64,000 nt of DNA. It comes from an uncultured bacterium. GTDB lineage: Bacteria > Actinomycetota > Thermoleophilia > Solirubrobacterales > 70-9. Under the pieces are notes generated by a model. The model was not told the origin of the DNA, searched no databases, and saw nothing but the letters and a program-made list of their open reading frames with translations. The stretch lies in the NCBI GenBank assembly GCA_963717635.1, contig OY970347.1:99677-163676 (forward strand), given 5' to 3'. Below, piece after piece: positions 45,855 through 55,064 of this stretch; position 1 is the first letter of the stretch, and each line of letters starts with the position of its first letter. The position numbers and the translations under genes were made by a program.

Positions 45855-46529
45855 ATGGAAGTGGCCAGCCGTACCCGTTCAGAACGCCTCGACCGACTCG
45901 CCGCCGCCCGCCTCTACTTCGTCTGCGAGGGGCGGCCCGGAGCCGGCGACCCCGGCCCGCTGCTGGACGCCGCGCTGCGCGGCGGGGTCGATCTGATCCA
46001 GCTTCGCGAGAAGGCGCCGCGCTGCGCCGCGGAGCTGGTCGCGCTGGCCGAGCCGTTCCGGCGCGCCGCCGACGCGCACGGAGCGCTGTTCTTCCTCAAC
46101 GACCACCCGGAGCTGGTCGCGGACTGCGGTGCCGACGGCGTCCATGTCGGTCAGGACGACGCGCCTGTAGCGGCGGCCCGGGCCCAGGCCGGCGATGCGG
46201 TCCTGATCGGTCTTTCGACGCACTCCGCCGAGCACTTCGACGCCGCGCTCGCAGCCGATGGCGACGCGCGGCCCGATCAGATCAGCGCCGGGCCGGTCTG
46301 GGAGACGCCCACCAAGCAGGGCCGCCCTGCCGCCGGCCTCGAGCTGATCGAACACGCGGCGGCCGTCGGCGGCGATGCGCCATGGTTCGCGATCGGCGGC
46401 ATCGACCCGGGCAACGTTGGACAGGTAGTCGCCGCCGGAGCACGGCGCGCCGTCGTCGTCCGTGCGATCCGTGACGCCGCTGACCCGGAGGCCGCGGCGC
46501 GCGGCCTCCGTGAGGCGCTCGATGGCTAA
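45855..46529 (+). CDS. thiE: Thiamine-phosphate synthase
   Basis: 'RLYFVCEG', 'LIQLREK', 'GADGVHVGQDD', 'IGLSTHS', 'FAIGGI'. ATG 45828 is an alternative start. Confidence 0.85.
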   Translation: MEVASRTRSERLDRLAAARLYFVCEGRPGAGDPGPLLDAALRGGVDLIQLREKAPRCAAELVALAEPFRRAADAHGALFFLNDHPELVADCGADGVHVGQDDAPVAAARAQAGDAVLIGLSTHSAEHFDAALAADGDARPDQISAGPVWETPTKQGRPAAGLELIEHAAAVGGDAPWFAIGGIDPGNVGQVVAAGARRAVVVRAIRDAADPEAAARGLREALDG

Positions 46530-47079
46530 CCGCGAGCGCAAGCGCGCCGAGCGGCGCAAACGCAAGGAGCGGGGCGGCGACCGCCGGTCTGAGCTCGTCG
46601 CCCAGCGCGAGCAGCGGGCAGCGCGCAGCGAGGCGAAGAACCAGGCAGCGAGGGCGGCGCTCGAGCCGCTGGAGCCGGAGCAGCGGCCGACCGTCGTCAC
46701 CGTCGCCGCCGGGATCACGGCCGTGCTGGCGCTGGGCACGGTGCTCGCCTACGCCCTGGGCCTCGAGGTCGGCGAGGTCGACGACTTCGGCAACGAAACG
46801 GGCGAGGCAAAGCCGAGCGTCTTCCCAACGGTCGTCTCCACCGCGGTGCTGTCGATCATGGCCTACGGGCTGTGGCGCGCGCGCTACTGGGCGGTGCTGG
46901 GATTCCAGACGATCCTGGTCCTGGTGATCGTGGTCGTGGTACTCGGGCTCGTCCAGGTAACGGAGGTTCCGCGCGCGCTTGCCTTCGCTGCGATCCTCGC
47001 CTTATCGAGCGTGCTCTTCTACCGGATGATCAAGGCGATGGCCCGGATCCAGATGCCGGAGCGCAGGCCGCCCGCGTGA
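46522..47079 (+). CDS. Membrane protein with Lys/Arg-rich N-terminus
   Basis: ATG 46522 overlaps the thiE 3' end. 'MANRERKRAERRKRKERGG' is followed by 3-4 hydrophobic segments. Confidence 0.55.
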   Translation: MANRERKRAERRKRKERGGDRRSELVAQREQRAARSEAKNQAARAALEPLEPEQRPTVVTVAAGITAVLALGTVLAYALGLEVGEVDDFGNETGEAKPSVFPTVVSTAVLSIMAYGLWRARYWAVLGFQTILVLVIVVVVLGLVQVTEVPRALAFAAILALSSVLFYRMIKAMARIQMPERRPPA

Positions 47080-47120
47080 GTGCGCGGGGCGAGCGGTTGC
47101 CGCTTATATAGAGTCGCCCC

Positions 47121-48488
47121 ATGGCTGATTCTTTCGACGTGATCGTGATCGGAGGTGGTCCCGGCGGCTACGTGGCGGCGATCCGGGCCGCCCAGCTCGG
47201 GAAGAAGACCGCAGTCGTCGAGAAGGACAAGCCGGGCGGCCGCTGCCTCAACTACGCCTGCATCCCGGCGAAGACCATGCTGCACACCGCCGAGATCCTG
47301 GACCACGCGCAAAACGGCGCCGAGCTGGGGGTCAAGGTGACCAAGGCGACGTTGGATTGGAAGGCGCTCGGCGCTCGGCGCGCCAGCGTCTCTGAGGGCC
47401 TGTCGAACGGCGTCCAGATGCTCTGGGACAAGAACAAGGTCACGACGATCGCGGGCGAGGGCGCGCTCACCGACGACGGCAACGTCACGGTTGGCGGCGA
47501 GACCTACGAGGCCGCCGGCGTCGTCCTGGCCACCGGGTCGGTCGCCCTGCCGATCCCCGGGGTCGAGTTCTCCGAGCGGATCGTCGACACATGGGGTGCC
47601 TGGTCGCTTCCGGCGCAGCCGAAGCGCCTGGCCGTCGTCGGCGCCGGCGCGTCGGGCTCGGAGATCGCGTCGGCCTATGCCCGGTACGGGACTGAGGTGA
47701 CGCTGATCGAGATGCTGCCGCAGATCCTCCCGCTCGAGGACAAGGACTGCGCCCGCGTCGTCGAGCGGACCTTCAAGAAGCAGGGCATCACCGTCGCGAC
47801 CGGGGCCCCGATCGAGAACGTCGAGGCCACCGCCAAGACGGTCAAGTTCTCCTACGGCGACACCGAGGGTGAGGCCGACTACCTAGTCATCGCCGGTGGC
47901 CGGGCTCCCGACACCGAGCCCCTGAACCTCGCCGGCGCCAAGGTCGACACCGAGGAGAACGGCCGGATCAAGGTCGACGAGTTCCAGCGCACCTCGAACC
48001 AGAAGGTGTTCGCGATCGGCGATCTCGTCCGCGGCCCCGCCCTGGCGCACAAGGCGTCCGAGGAGGGCGTCGTTGCGGTCGAGACGATCGCCGGCGCGCC
48101 AACTCATCCGGTCGACATCGGATTGATCCCGGGCGCGACTTTCTGCCATCCCCAGGTCGCGAGCGTGGGCCTGACCGAGGCCGCCGCGAAGGAGGCCGGG
48201 CACGACGTCAAGGTCGGCAAGTTCAAGCTCGGCGGCGTCGGCGCCTCCGCCGTCTACGACGACCGCGAGGGCATGGTCAAGATCGTCGCGGACTCGAGGT
48301 ACGGCGAGATCGTCGGCGCCCACATCGTCGGCAACCGCGCCTGCGACATGATTAGCGAGCTGGTCAACGTGATGGCGCTCGAGGGCGGTTACCAGGAGCT
48401 AGCCCGGATCGTTCACCCGCACCCGACGATCTCCGAGGCCGTGCTTGACGCGGCCCGCGCGGTCGACGGCTGGGCCACCCACGCGTAG
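47121..48488 (+). CDS. lpdA: Dihydrolipoamide dehydrogenase (E3)
   Basis: 'VIVIGGGPGGYVAAIRAAQLG', redox disulfide 'CLNYACIPAK', C-terminal 'HPHPTISE'. Confidence 0.9.
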   Translation: MADSFDVIVIGGGPGGYVAAIRAAQLGKKTAVVEKDKPGGRCLNYACIPAKTMLHTAEILDHAQNGAELGVKVTKATLDWKALGARRASVSEGLSNGVQMLWDKNKVTTIAGEGALTDDGNVTVGGETYEAAGVVLATGSVALPIPGVEFSERIVDTWGAWSLPAQPKRLAVVGAGASGSEIASAYARYGTEVTLIEMLPQILPLEDKDCARVVERTFKKQGITVATGAPIENVEATAKTVKFSYGDTEGEADYLVIAGGRAPDTEPLNLAGAKVDTEENGRIKVDEFQRTSNQKVFAIGDLVRGPALAHKASEEGVVAVETIAGAPTHPVDIGLIPGATFCHPQVASVGLTEAAAKEAGHDVKVGKFKLGGVGASAVYDDREGMVKIVADSRYGEIVGAHIVGNRACDMISELVNVMALEGGYQELARIVHPHPTISEAVLDAARAVDGWATHA

Positions 48489-48497
48489 CGCTGCGGC

Positions 48498-48520
48498 ATT
48501 GTTGCGCTGACCGCAACAAT
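48498..48520 (+). terminator. Perfect 9-bp stem / 5-nt loop hairpin after lpdA (no U-tract)
   Basis: ATTGTTGCG-CTGAC-CGCAACAAT, 10 nt after the lpdA TAG. Its 3' end touches the TTG start of the next ORF. Confidence 0.35.
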
Positions 48521-49116
48521 TGTGCATCGCTTCGCTTCCCGCCACCTTCTACTACGACCTCGGCTCGCCCTACGCCTATCTGGCGGCGGAGCGAATCCAC
48601 GGCGTCTTCGAGGCGGCCGGCGTCGCACCCCCCGCTTGGCAGCCGGTGCTGCTCGGCGGGCTGTTCCAGCGCTTCGGCCGGGACTCATGGGCCAACGGGC
48701 CGCAGCGCGACCAGGGACTGCTGGAGGTCCAGCGGCGCGCCCAGTCCTACGGACTGCCGCCGATCCGCTGGCCCGATCCGTTCCCCGGCAACACGCTGTT
48801 CGCGATGCGGGTCGCCACCTTCGCGACCGAGATCGGCCGCGGCGTCTCGCTGCCGCTGGCGGCCTTTCGCCAGGCCTTCGCAGCCGGGCGCGACCTCTCT
48901 GAGCGCGACAACGTGCTGATCGCCGCCGCCTCGGCCGAACTGCATCCACGGGCGCTGACCGCGGCGGTCGAGCGCGACCAGGTCAAGGCCAAGCTGAAGC
49001 ATGCCACGCAGAAAGCCGGAGACCTCGGCGTGACCGGCGTCCCGACCGTGGTCGTCGGCGACGAGGTCTTCTGGGGCGACGACCGGCTCGAGGAAGCGGC
49101 GACAGCAGCGGGGTAG
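48520..49116 (+). CDS. DsbA-family 2-hydroxychromene-2-carboxylate isomerase-like protein
   Basis: 'FYYDLGSPYAYLA', 'GVTGVPTVVVGDEVFWGDDRL'. Confidence 0.75.
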   Translation: MCIASLPATFYYDLGSPYAYLAAERIHGVFEAAGVAPPAWQPVLLGGLFQRFGRDSWANGPQRDQGLLEVQRRAQSYGLPPIRWPDPFPGNTLFAMRVATFATEIGRGVSLPLAAFRQAFAAGRDLSERDNVLIAAASAELHPRALTAAVERDQVKAKLKHATQKAGDLGVTGVPTVVVGDEVFWGDDRLEEAATAAG

Positions 49117-49135
49117 CTGAGCTATCGTCGCGCGA

Positions 49136-49798
49136 GTGGCCGACGACGGTGGGACGAGCGCAACCGAGGCGGCCCGAGGCACGGTCGAGCGGGTCGAGCC
49201 GACCAAGGCGCAGCGGGCTGCCGCTCGCCGCATCGCCGAATCGAAGGCCACAGCGCCCCACCTCTACCTCGACGCCGAGGTCCGGACCGCGGACGGCGCC
49301 ACGGCGCGTGTCGTCCGGGCGGTGGGGCTGGCGCTGCGCGAGTTCCCGCGCCTGAACGGCGCCTACCGCGACGGGGCGTTCGAAACGTACTCGCGGATCA
49401 ATGCCGGAGTCGTGCTGGAAGGCGAGGCGGGGCCGGTCGTGCCGACGATCTTCGACGCTGACGCAAAGCAGGAGGCCGAGATCGCCGCCGAGCTGGAGCG
49501 GCTCGCCGAACGCGCGGCCACCGGCGCGCTGACCTCCCCGGAGCTGGCGGGCGGCACGTTCACCGTCGCACCCACGGCCGTCGGGGCGATCCGGTCGGTT
49601 GCCGCCGTCCTCAACCAGGGGCAGGCAGCGACCCTTGCTGTCGGGCCGGTCACCCAGCGGGCGCTCGCGGACGGCGACGATGTGGTCGCCGGCCGCGCCC
49701 TGACGGCGACCCTTTCGATTGACGGGCGGATCATCGGCGCCGAGGAGGGGGCTCTGTTCCTCGACCGCGTCCGCTCGCTGCTGGAAGCACCGGATTAG
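49136..49798 (+). CDS. Stand-alone 2-oxoacid dehydrogenase E2 catalytic-domain homologue with degenerate active site
   Basis: 'AARRIAESKATAPHLYL', 'GGTFTV', 'AATLAVG' align to the E2 core. The 'DHRxxDG' motif reads 'DGRIIGA'. There is no lipoyl or E3-binding domain. Confidence 0.65.
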   Translation: MADDGGTSATEAARGTVERVEPTKAQRAAARRIAESKATAPHLYLDAEVRTADGATARVVRAVGLALREFPRLNGAYRDGAFETYSRINAGVVLEGEAGPVVPTIFDADAKQEAEIAAELERLAERAATGALTSPELAGGTFTVAPTAVGAIRSVAAVLNQGQAATLAVGPVTQRALADGDDVVAGRALTATLSIDGRIIGAEEGALFLDRVRSLLEAPD

Positions 49799-49808
49799 CG
49801 GGGCCCGG

Positions 49809-50330
49809 ATGCCGCACAGGATCATCGACGTCCCGATCGAGTCGCTCCCGTTCGTTGACGAGCACTTCATCGAGATCGCGGCCGCGTCGGATCTGGTCTG
49901 GGACGCCCTGATCCAGGTTCTGGGAGGGGTCAGCGACGGGCGCTCCAGCGCTCCGCTCTCACGCGCGCTGGGCTGCGCCCAAACCGAGGTGGAGGGTGAG
50001 GTCGGCGAGATCGGCTCGACGATCCCCGGCTTCGTCGTCACCCGATCGATCCGGCCCGGCGTCCTCGCGCTGATGGGGCAGCACCGGTTCTCGCGCTACG
50101 CGCTGATCTTCTCGATCGTCGAGAAGCCGAGCGGCCTGGTGCTGCTCAGCGCCCAGACCCGGGCCGAGTTTCCGGGCAGGCGCGGGCGCCTCTATCGCGG
50201 CCTCGTGATCGGCACCCGCGGGCACGTGCTGGTCACCACGGGAGTCCTGAGATCGGTCCGCAAGCGCGCCGAGCGCGCCCGAGGCCGGCCGCGGCGCGAC
50301 GATCCGCCAGCGGAAGGCGATCAAGGTTGA
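49809..50330 (+). CDS. Hypothetical protein (SRPBCC-like?)
   Basis: 173 aa. 'HFIEIAAASDLVWDAL' resembles SRPBCC N-termini. Weak call. Confidence 0.4.
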   Translation: MPHRIIDVPIESLPFVDEHFIEIAAASDLVWDALIQVLGGVSDGRSSAPLSRALGCAQTEVEGEVGEIGSTIPGFVVTRSIRPGVLALMGQHRFSRYALIFSIVEKPSGLVLLSAQTRAEFPGRRGRLYRGLVIGTRGHVLVTTGVLRSVRKRAERARGRPRRDDPPAEGDQG

Positions 50331-50531
50331 AATGTCCTCAGGAGGGCATACAATGCGTGTGGCGATCTGCACGAGCCACCCGCTCGGAACGATCCAGACA
50401 TAGGGCCGCGGGGCGGAACCCCCGAGTGCCCATCGTCCAGTAGGCGCCGCCGAGGAGATCCTGAAGCGGCGAGAAGAAGGCGGACCCGGAGGAGATCCCA
50501 ATGGGCAGCCAGACACGAAGGGCGGAGAGAT

Positions 50532-51674
50532 ATGCGAAGCGACGTTGCTGTCGCCAGCGAGCCTGCGCGTGAGGACGCGAAGGCCGACGTACGCGAATCC
50601 CTGAACGAGCTGCTCACCCGATCGGACCGCGCCGCACTGCTGCGGTTCATGGCGATGATGAGGACCGCCGAGGAGCGCGGCCTCACTCTCTACCGGCAGG
50701 GCAAGGTACCCGGGTCGTTCTACGACGGTTGCGGCCAGGAGGCGATCTCCGTCGGTTCCTCGTTCGCGCTCAAGCCCGAGGACCGGATGTGCATCCTCCA
50801 CCGGGACCTTGGCGCGCATTTCGTCCGAGGAGTCACCCCGGACCGCTACCTCGCCAACTACATGGGGCGATCCGGTGGCGTCACCGGCGGCAAGGACGGC
50901 AACATGCACTTCGGCGATCCGCGCCTGGGCTGCATCGGAATGGTCTCGATGCTGCCCGACATGGCGCTGGTCGCATCCGGGATGGCGCTGGCCTTCAAGA
51001 TCAGGGGCGAGCAGCGGGTCGCGATGACCTACTTCGGCGAGGGGTCGACCGCCAACGGCCAATGGCATGAGGCGATGAACATTGCCGGCGTCCAGCGTCT
51101 GCCCATCGTCTTCATCCTGGAGAACAACCAGTTCGCCTACTCGACGCCGAACGACCTCGAGTTCGTGGTCGACCCGGTCGAGCGCGCTCACACCTACGGG
51201 TTCCCGGGCGTGACCGTGGACGGTAACGACGTCGAGGCCGTGTTCGCGGCCGTGCACCCCGCGGTCGAACGCGCGCGCACCGGCGACGGCCCGACGCTGA
51301 TCGAGTGCCGGACGATGCGCATGCACGGCCACGGCGCTCACGACGACATGAGCTACGTGCCGTCGGAGATGTTCGAGGAGTGGTCGCAGCGCGACCCGAT
51401 CGACCTCTACTCCAAGCGCCTGGTGGCCGAACACGGCTTCAGCCAGGACGAGGTCGACGCCATCCGCGCCGAGGTGACCGAGTACATCACCGAATGCGCG
51501 GAGCAGGCTGTCGCCTCGCCGATGCCCGACCCCGACGGCGCCACGAACGGCGTGTTCGCCGACTGCTGGGAGCCACTCGGCGACGGCCAGGCGCCGTGGT
51601 CGCGCTGGCAGCAGCGCAACGGCCACTCGCGAAACGGCGCCTCGAACGGACACGCGAACGGAGCGAGCGCATGA
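50532..51674 (+). CDS. 2-oxoacid (branched-chain-type by context) dehydrogenase E1 alpha subunit
   Basis: TPP motif 'YFGEGSTANGQWHEAMNIAG...ILENNQFAYSTP'. 'RMHGHGAHDD'. Confidence 0.9.
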   Translation: MRSDVAVASEPAREDAKADVRESLNELLTRSDRAALLRFMAMMRTAEERGLTLYRQGKVPGSFYDGCGQEAISVGSSFALKPEDRMCILHRDLGAHFVRGVTPDRYLANYMGRSGGVTGGKDGNMHFGDPRLGCIGMVSMLPDMALVASGMALAFKIRGEQRVAMTYFGEGSTANGQWHEAMNIAGVQRLPIVFILENNQFAYSTPNDLEFVVDPVERAHTYGFPGVTVDGNDVEAVFAAVHPAVERARTGDGPTLIECRTMRMHGHGAHDDMSYVPSEMFEEWSQRDPIDLYSKRLVAEHGFSQDEVDAIRAEVTEYITECAEQAVASPMPDPDGATNGVFADCWEPLGDGQAPWSRWQQRNGHSRNGASNGHANGASA

Positions 51675-52678
51675 CCGCGGCGACGACCACCGGACTGGCC
51701 GCTCGAACCGAAACCGGCGAGCTCTCGTACCTGGAAGCGATCTCCGAGGCCCTGCGCGAGGAGATGCGCGCCGACGAGACCGTGATCTGCCTGGGCGAGG
51801 ACATCGGCGCGTTCGGCGGCGCCTTCAAGGTGACCGACGGCTTCTACGAAGAGTTCGGCGCCCACCGGGTGATCGACACCCCGCTCGCCGAGAACGCGAT
51901 CATCGGCACAGCCGTGGGCGCCGCAACCGAGGGCCTGAAGCCGGTCTGCGAGATGCAGTTCGCCGACTTCATCGCCTGCGGGTTCGATCAGCTGGTGAAC
52001 GTCGCTGCCAAGCTCCACTACCGGCAGGGCGTCGCCGTGCCAATGGTGGTGCGCCTGCCCTCCGGCGGCGGCTTCTCCGGTGGCCCGTTTCACTCCCAGA
52101 ATCCCGAGGCGTGGCTGCTCCAGGCTCCCGGCCTGAAGGTCGTGGCGCCGGCAACCGCCGCCGACGCCAAGGGCCTGTTGACCAGCGCGATCCGCGACCC
52201 CAACCCTGTCTGCTTCCTCGAACACAAGGGCCTCTACCGCAACGTCCGCGACGAGGTGCCGGCAGGCGAGCACCTCGTGCCACTCGGCGAGGCCCGAGTC
52301 GCCCGCCAGGGTTCGGAGGTCAGCGTGATCGCCTACGGCTCGAGCGTCCTCTTGGCGCTACAGGCGGCCGACGAGCTGGGCGAAGACATCGAGGTGATCG
52401 ACCTGCGGAGCCTCTGTCCGCTCGACACCGACGCGATCCTGGCGAGCGTCCGCAAGACCTCGAAGGTGCTCGTCGCGCACGAGGCGACCCGCTCCTGCGG
52501 GGTCGGCGCCGAGGTCTCGGCTCTGATCTCCGAGCACGCGTTCGAGGATCTCGACGCGCCGGTGAGGCGACTGACGGCGCCGGATGTGCCGATCCCATTC
52601 AGCCCACCGCTGGAACAGGCAGTCCTGCCGCAGCTCGACGACATGAAGGAGGCTCTAAGTGAGCTCCTCTCGTACTGA
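51671..52678 (+). CDS. 2-oxoacid dehydrogenase E1 beta subunit
   Basis: ATGA overlap with E1 alpha. 'LGEDIGAFGGAFKVT', 'RVIDTPLAE', 'FHSQNPEAW'. Confidence 0.95.
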   Translation: MTAATTTGLAARTETGELSYLEAISEALREEMRADETVICLGEDIGAFGGAFKVTDGFYEEFGAHRVIDTPLAENAIIGTAVGAATEGLKPVCEMQFADFIACGFDQLVNVAAKLHYRQGVAVPMVVRLPSGGGFSGGPFHSQNPEAWLLQAPGLKVVAPATAADAKGLLTSAIRDPNPVCFLEHKGLYRNVRDEVPAGEHLVPLGEARVARQGSEVSVIAYGSSVLLALQAADELGEDIEVIDLRSLCPLDTDAILASVRKTSKVLVAHEATRSCGVGAEVSALISEHAFEDLDAPVRRLTAPDVPIPFSPPLEQAVLPQLDDMKEALSELLSY

Positions 52679-53978
52679 AGCGAACCCGGCGACCCCCGGA
52701 GGCGAAGCCGAGCAGGTGGGCGGAACCTTGGTGTCGATGCCGCAGATGGGCATCTCCGTCAGCGAGGGCACGATCCTCGAGTGGCGGAAGTCCGTCGGCG
52801 ATCAGGTTGCTGCCGACGAGCCGATCTGCGAGGTGACAACCGACAAGGTGGACGTGGAGATCCCCTGTCCCGCCGCGGGCGTTCTCGCGAAGATCCTGGT
52901 GGAGCCGGGCGAGACGGTGGCCGTCGGAACCCCGATCGCGGAGATCGACTCGGGCGGTGGCACTGCGAACGGCGCTGCGCCGATCGCCGACGAACCTGCT
53001 GTAGCTCCGGCGCCTCACACGAACGGCGAAAACGACCGTTCCGCATTCGTCTCGCCGGTCGTGCGCCGGATCGCCGAGGAACACGCGATCGACCTGAGCC
53101 AGGTCGAGGGGCATGGGATTGGCGGACGAATCCGAAAGAAGGATCTGGTGGCGTTCCTGGACTCCGGTCCGACCGAGAAGGCGGAGCGACCGCTTCATAT
53201 CGAGTCTCCGTACGTGCCCGACGCTCCGGTGCCGGCCGAGCTGGGTGGCCGGCGCGAGGAGATGACCCCGATGCGCAAGGCAATCGCCGAGCACATGGTC
53301 CGGAGCCGCCACACGGCCGCGCACTGCACGACGATCGTCGAGGTCGACTTCGCGGCGGTAGCCGCGCAACGCGCGGAGCTCAAGGAGTCGTACTCGCGAC
53401 GCGGCGTCCCACTGACCTACCTGGCGTTCGTTGCGCGGGCCGTGGTCGAGGCGCTCGAGGAGTTCCCGATCGTGAACGCGTCGGTCGACGGCTCAGACAT
53501 CGTGTTCCATGATGACGTCAACCTCGGCATCGCCGTGGCGCTGGACGAGGGCCTGATCGTGCCGGTCATCAACCAGGCGCAGCGGCTTTCGCTGGAGGGC
53601 ATGGCGGTCGCGATCGCCGACCTGGCCACCAGGGCCCGCGAGCGCAGGCTGACTCCGGACGAAGTCCAGGGCGGCACCTTCACGATCACCAACCCCGGCC
53701 AGTTCGGCGCCGTGCTGGCGACGCCGATCATCAACCAGCCGCAGGTGGCGATTCTCGACCTCGAGGCGATCGTCAAGCGGCCGGTCGTAGTCACGCGGAC
53801 CGTCGCGGCAGCGGACGCGGAGCGGAGCGGGCGCGGCGATGTATCCGAGGACTCGATCGCGATCCGGCCGATGGCCTACCTGCCGATGTCGTGGGACCAC
53901 CGGGCGCTGGACGGCGCCGACGCGGCTCGATTCCTCGGATCGGTCAAGGCGAAGATCGAAACCGGAGCGGTCCGATGA
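52659..53978 (+). CDS. Dihydrolipoamide acyltransferase E2 (lipoyl + E3-binding + catalytic domains)
   Basis: Lipoyl 'EVTTDKVDVEIP'. E3-binding domain 'SPVVRRIAEEHAIDLSQVEGHGIGGRIRKKD'. Catalytic 'SWDHRALDGADAARFL'. Alternative starts at GTG 52731 and ATG 52737. Confidence 0.9.
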   Translation: MSSSRTEANPATPGGEAEQVGGTLVSMPQMGISVSEGTILEWRKSVGDQVAADEPICEVTTDKVDVEIPCPAAGVLAKILVEPGETVAVGTPIAEIDSGGGTANGAAPIADEPAVAPAPHTNGENDRSAFVSPVVRRIAEEHAIDLSQVEGHGIGGRIRKKDLVAFLDSGPTEKAERPLHIESPYVPDAPVPAELGGRREEMTPMRKAIAEHMVRSRHTAAHCTTIVEVDFAAVAAQRAELKESYSRRGVPLTYLAFVARAVVEALEEFPIVNASVDGSDIVFHDDVNLGIAVALDEGLIVPVINQAQRLSLEGMAVAIADLATRARERRLTPDEVQGGTFTITNPGQFGAVLATPIINQPQVAILDLEAIVKRPVVVTRTVAAADAERSGRGDVSEDSIAIRPMAYLPMSWDHRALDGADAARFLGSVKAKIETGAVR

Positions 53979-55048
53979 GGGCGATCGCGGCACCGGCTCC
54001 GGTCAGGGTCCCCGCGGGGCTCGACCACGAGGAACTGGCGGTCACGCATGGCGAGCGCAGCGGCGTCACGATGGCGATCGCCATCCACTCCACCCGCCTC
54101 GGCCCCGCGCTCGGCGGCGCCCGGCTCTGGCACTACGAGCGCGACGAGGACGGGATCGCCGACGCCCTGCGGCTGGCCGAAGCCATGACCTACAAAGCGG
54201 CGGCCGCCGGGCTCGACCTCGGCGGCGGCAAGGGCGTGATCTGCGCGCCCCGTGGCGGAGCGGTGAGCGGTGAGCTGCGGCAGGCGATCCTGCACGACTT
54301 CGGCGACCTCGTCGAATCGCTCGATGGCCGCTACATCACGGCCGAGGACGTCGGCACCGCGACCGAGGACATGGTCGAGATCGCCACCCGCACCGCCCAC
54401 GTGACCGGGATGCCTGTTGAGCGCGGTGGCGCCGGCGATCCCAGCCCGTTCACGGCCGCCGGCGTCCAGGCGGCGATGCGTGCCGCCTGCAAGCGGGCAT
54501 TCGGAACGCGCGACCTCGCCGGCCGCAGCGTCGCCGTCGTCGGGCTGGGCCACGTCGGCGAGCACCTCGCCCGCGAGCTGGCGGAAGCGGGAGCCGAGCT
54601 GACGGTCGCCGATATCGACCCGGCCAAGCGGGCGATCGGCGAGGAGCTGGGAGCCGAGTGGCTCGACTCGGCAGCGGCGCTCGTCGGAGCCCGGGATGTG
54701 GTGGCGCCCTGCGCGGTCGGCGGCGCGATCCACGTCGGCAACGTCGGCGCACTGCGCTGCCGTGTCCTCTGCGGCGCCGCCAACAACCAGCTCGCCGACG
54801 AGGGTCTGGCCGAGCTATTGGCCCGGCGCGGGATCCTGTTCGCCCCCGACTTCATCGCCAACGCGGGCGGCCTGATCAACGTCTACCGCGAGCTGCGCGG
54901 CTACGACGCCGAGCGGGCGACCGAGCTGGTGCTGGGAATTGAACGCGTGATGGGCGACGTCTTCGCGCACGCCGACGAGGCGGGCACGACCCCGCTCGAG
55001 GCGGCGCGGGCGCTCGCACGCACGCGGCTCGACGCCGCAGCTTCGTAG
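53975..55048 (+). CDS. Leu/Val/Phe-type amino-acid dehydrogenase
   Basis: ATGA overlap with E2. 'GPALGGARLW', 'GLDLGGGKGVI', NAD fold 'VVGLGHVGEHLA'. Confidence 0.85.
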   Translation: MRAIAAPAPVRVPAGLDHEELAVTHGERSGVTMAIAIHSTRLGPALGGARLWHYERDEDGIADALRLAEAMTYKAAAAGLDLGGGKGVICAPRGGAVSGELRQAILHDFGDLVESLDGRYITAEDVGTATEDMVEIATRTAHVTGMPVERGGAGDPSPFTAAGVQAAMRAACKRAFGTRDLAGRSVAVVGLGHVGEHLARELAEAGAELTVADIDPAKRAIGEELGAEWLDSAAALVGARDVVAPCAVGGAIHVGNVGALRCRVLCGAANNQLADEGLAELLARRGILFAPDFIANAGGLINVYRELRGYDAERATELVLGIERVMGDVFAHADEAGTTPLEAARALARTRLDAAAS

Positions 55049-55064
55049 TGCGAGACTCCGCGCG

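Noticed and set aside
50501-50572. 23-codon ORF (MGSQTRRAERYAKRRCCRQRACA) with a consensus SD, overlapping the E1-alpha start
   Set aside because: The Arg/Cys-rich composition looks like an off-frame product, and the SD may serve the E1-alpha start region instead. It is mentioned under the bkd leader finding but not called as a gene.
49959-51653. 564-aa - strand ORF
   Set aside because: It is antisense to the SRPBCC-like gene and to E1 alpha, whose TPP motif is clear.
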